Below, piece after piece: positions 60,500 through 64,000 of a DNA stretch of 64,000 nt (its first letter is position 1; every line of letters starts with the position of its first letter). The position numbers and the translations under genes were made by a program. Source of the DNA: Camelus dromedarius (Eukaryota); contig NC_087436.1 of the NCBI RefSeq assembly GCF_036321535.1, positions 72,912,001 through 72,976,000 on the forward strand. Direction: 5' to 3'. The notes under the pieces are model-generated. The model was not told where the DNA came from, made no database searches, and was given only the letters and a program-made list of their open reading frames with translations.

Positions 60500-61460
60500 C
60501 AGAATTCTAATTTTTCTTCAGGAAACCACCTCTACCTTACTCTCAGTCTTTGTTGTTTGAATGAAACTGACCCACTTCCCAGCTCCCTTGGTGAGCACGA
60601 GCCTCAGGAAAGGCTAATGGATACATTCCATGCTTTTGGCCACTGTGATTGTGTAGTGGACAGGCACACAAACCAAGTCAGGCCATGAAATGAAAAGTCC
60701 AGGGCTTTTTCAAAATTTTGGAAAAGAAGCATTCTTTTTCCACTGGGATTGCAAACAATAAGGAAAATGGACGCTGAAAGCTGACAAAGATTGAGACATA
60801 GTAAAAGCTTGTCTGAGAAAGAAACGAATATAGGGGGAAGAAGAGCCAAGTTTTGTGGAAAATACACAAAATTGGGAGACAAGGCAAAAATTTAAGTAAC
60901 AAGTCCTTTCAGCAATAAAGTCTTCCCAAGAAATATCCAGAGAAATAAGCTTGGGTTGACTCATTCTTCACAATTGGTTAAAGATCCAGGGGTGAAGTCC
61001 CATGTTAACTGGCAGATATTCATCTCACAGAGATGCAAATAATGTCTGTCCAATGGAACAGATCATCCTAAAGGTTACAGTCTATTGCCCTGTTGGATAT
61101 TCACCAGTTTATGTATCTATCCAGCAATATTATCTTAGTATGCCTTTATTAAGTTGCCTATAAATGTTTAGCTTCTCAAATGATTTTGGACCCATTTTCA
61201 TATCATTATGTTTCTTTTGTTAACTAATAAATAAAATCTTTGAATGGATTTATTTTATATTTGCCTGAGTCATGATTTTCCTTTTTTAAAAAAACTGCAC
61301 TTTGACATAAAACATGAAGAGTTAAAAAGGAACCAGAAAACAATCCCTGGCTATATCATTTCAGTATCTGGATCCTGTTACTCCTGTTTATGAATTGTAC
61401 CATCCTTTGAGCTAATGTATTCCATGATTTGGCAAGCCCATGTGAGCTGGGTTTCTATAT
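60500..61460 (+). mobile_element. Old MaLR LTR (MLT1K-like) in two pieces separated by ~440 bp of unassigned sequence
   Basis: ggaaaccacctctacc...gactgacccac...ttggccactgtgattg...; later tttcagtatctggatc...gtgagctgggtttct. Confidence 0.5.
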
Positions 61461-63559
61461 TTTGTATCCATAACAGTGATGATAAATAGTGATGAGCTCT
61501 ACAGCCAGGAAAATATAATTTGATACTAGTTTGAATATACAGCCTGGTGAGATCTGATAAATATAGAATTACATACTAAAATAGAGTTTTTCTGTCTTAA
61601 TTTCAGCCAAGGTCCTCAAAACAATAAATGCTACATTCTACAACCACCGTGTAGAACCTTTAAGGCTAAAAGAGCAATTCTGAAAATCTGTTCTGTGCCC
61701 CTTAGCTGACTATTAAATCTAACCTATTTTTTAAAAGGTTGGAGATGTTGAGAAATGTATAGGATGTTGGAAGACTGTGCTCTGTGGGATACTGTCACTG
61801 TGTTGCAAGCCCCTATCTCACGGAGAAAAAGTAAAAGCTGCCCTCTCCTGACCTCAAGTCAGAAACCAGAGAGTGAGATATGTGGACAGCTGTCTGCATC
61901 ACAGCTGAAAAATACAAAGAGCACGAGACGGTGGCTGATTACTGCTCTGAGAGAGAACTGAAAGCCCAGTGGCTGCATTGGGATTGTCTTGTGTTCTCAG
62001 AGTTTGTTAGGGTGTGAAAAGCATGAACGAACCCTGTAGATTAGATGCGGATCATGTACAAGAAACCTGGTGTGGTTTTTTCACATCTTGTCTAAGAAGA
62101 CTGTATGAAGGTCCAAGGGGACTTAAGCAGAGAGAAACTAGAAGGGTCCCACTAGGTCTTTAGGGTTCAAAGAAGGAGTCATAGCAATCAGATGGAGTAG
62201 TCATCTTCCCTGGGCCAAATGGACTTCAGCAAGAGATCCTGGTTAATGGCACTACCCACTCCTTCAGTCCCATCATTTGGTTTGGATGCATTAAGTCCTG
62301 AACTGGGACTGAATTTTGAGACCAAAAGGTGACCAAAAATTTCAGGGACCTTGGTTTAAGTTTCATTTCAGTGGATGGGAAGGAGCTATCCCTAAAATAA
62401 GTGGGCTTAAAGGAGCTGCATAGAAAGTAAAGAAAGTTATTTCTCAATCACACTCCATGAGTTCATCTTGGCTAACATAGCCATTACATATCTATGAAAT
62501 CTTTATATTGTCTTCATTATTAAACAAAGGTTTTCCCTGTCGATTAAATGCTTCTAAAATCAGGATATAACTTGCAATTAATATGGACATTTACCATCAT
62601 GGAAACAGTGTAATTTTTGTTTTTTTGCTTTCTAAAAAATATGTTATTAGATTGATAGTGAACTTTGGAATAAGATAAATGTGGTAATACAGCAAAAACA
62701 CTGAATTCCATTAGTACTCCATTCCCACTACCACATCAGAAGTGCATAGACAGTATTTTCATAATGAAATCTGACAGCCTGACCAAGGAGCAGTGACCTT
62801 TCAACTCCTATTTGGGAGACAACCACATTTCTAAAATCCCAGCATCTGTGTTACCAGGTACCCAGTGATCAGATGAGGTGACAGACTTGTGATTGGCCAA
62901 GCTGTCCAACAGAAAAGGTTTGAGAGCCTGACAGATTCCCTAAGTTCCACTGATGACTTTGGCAGCATTGCTTTCAGGGAACCCAAATGTTAGTGCCAGC
63001 CTAGTGTCCCCAGGCTTAGGGAACAGGGCAGGACAGGACAGCAGAAATTGCCTTCCAGCCAAAGAACTGAGTGACAGTGACAGATGGCCAGCTACCCAAA
63101 CAGAACAAATCAGTTTCATTAGATGTTGAGGGCAGCAAATGATTACATTTTATTTCACCATTTAGACTCCTGTAGAAACTCTTTCCAGGTAAGGTCAACA
63201 GTGATCACAAAGCAACTCATTTTATGTATTTTTGCCCTGGGTCTGTGCCCACCCTCAAGTTGAGTGCTTCATCTCTTCCTTCCCAGACTGTGCATCTGTG
63301 AGAACCTGGGGAGCCATTGGCTAAGGCTGTGCAGTTAGTTCTCTAAAAACCAGGAGAAAGAGGCCGGTGGAGGAAGAGCTGAGTAGCTGGGTTGAAGGAA
63401 GCTTCCAGTTGACAATCTCGGCCTCTTCCTGCTCCCCCAGTTAAAATATACAGATGTTCCTATTTGACTCCACAGACCACCTAGTGCCCCAACTCTCTCC
63501 TTGTCAGAGAATGGCCATCAGGATGACCATTAAGATGGCCATTAAGTGAGATGAGAAAT

Positions 63560-63900
63560 ACAGGAAGAAAAGAGCAGATGTGGGACAAGAGGGAAACATT
63601 GTGAGCTGGTGTTGAAACTGGGGTTGATTTTTATCACAGTTTTATGCCTGAAGTTCGTATAAGTAGACGTTAAGGATAGGGAAGGAGATTAGTAAAACTA
63701 TTTGAGATAAAGATCATTGTTGATGCTATGAAACAGAATGAGATGAGCTTCTAAGAGAAGATAAAAATACAACTTTGTGGGGCACTTTTATTTAAGGGGT
63801 AAATGGCAAAAAATGAGTTAGAAAGAGAATAAAGAGCAGCAGTGAGGTGAAGAGCACAGAAGCTATAAAACCAGTGGAGATAGTTCAGAGAAGACCACCT
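63560..63900 (-). mobile_element. L2 fragment
   Basis: tttgagataaagatcattgttgatgctatgaaa...gagatga...ggggcactttt atttaaggggtaaatgg. Confidence 0.55.
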
Positions 63901-64000
63901 TGCAACTGTTCTTATGGTCCATTTCCTCTTTCCTTAGGGACAGAGAAGATGAAATCAGGTCATTTACTAAAATTGAAAGATAACATTGCTATGGACACCT

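Noticed and set aside
12000-61300. About a dozen TGA(C/G)TCA AP-1 heptamers
   Set aside because: The number is close to random expectation, and several lie in old repeats.
61880-62017. 45-aa ORF MWTAVCITAEKYKEHETV...
   Set aside because: Short, unrecognised, and without supporting splice or promoter context.
1000-64000. PARM1 or another second protein-coding gene
   Set aside because: No second promoter-type CpG island (the 27-kb one is L1-derived) and no recognisable coding exon.

Overview
Mammalian genomic DNA, most likely a camelid (alpaca/llama/camel): it has one young tRNA-Ala-derived SINE of the vic-1 type and Cetartiodactyla-type L1 tails, and I saw no BovB/Bov-tA or PRE-1 elements. 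The only protein-coding sequence I can support is coding exon 1 of betacellulin (BTC) on the minus strand, 480->417 (MARVAPGSSASKLPLLLALAL-G, phase-1 donor G|GTAAGT), inside a CpG-island promoter (about 1-960). The other ~63 kb is BTC upstream intergenic DNA; by recalled mammalian synteny it runs toward PARM1, which is not reached. By eye about 40-50% is old interspersed repeat (L2, MIR, L3, L1, MaLR/ERVL LTRs, MER DNA transposons), with seven N runs of 130-160 nt. Apart from the minus-strand frame containing BTC exon 1, the supplied ORF track looks spurious. I found no clearly new multi-gene system. The best leads are: an orphan L1 5'UTR ~26 kb upstream whose antisense side faces BTC and carries a splice donor in phase with BTC exon 2; an in-frame CUG in strong context upstream of the weak-context BTC AUG; divergent splice donors at the promoter; a 2-kb non-repeat segment bracketed by a ~50-bp direct repeat; and several motif-dense enhancer or insulator candidates. 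Repeat subfamily names and orthologue sequences are recalled from memory, not from database searches.
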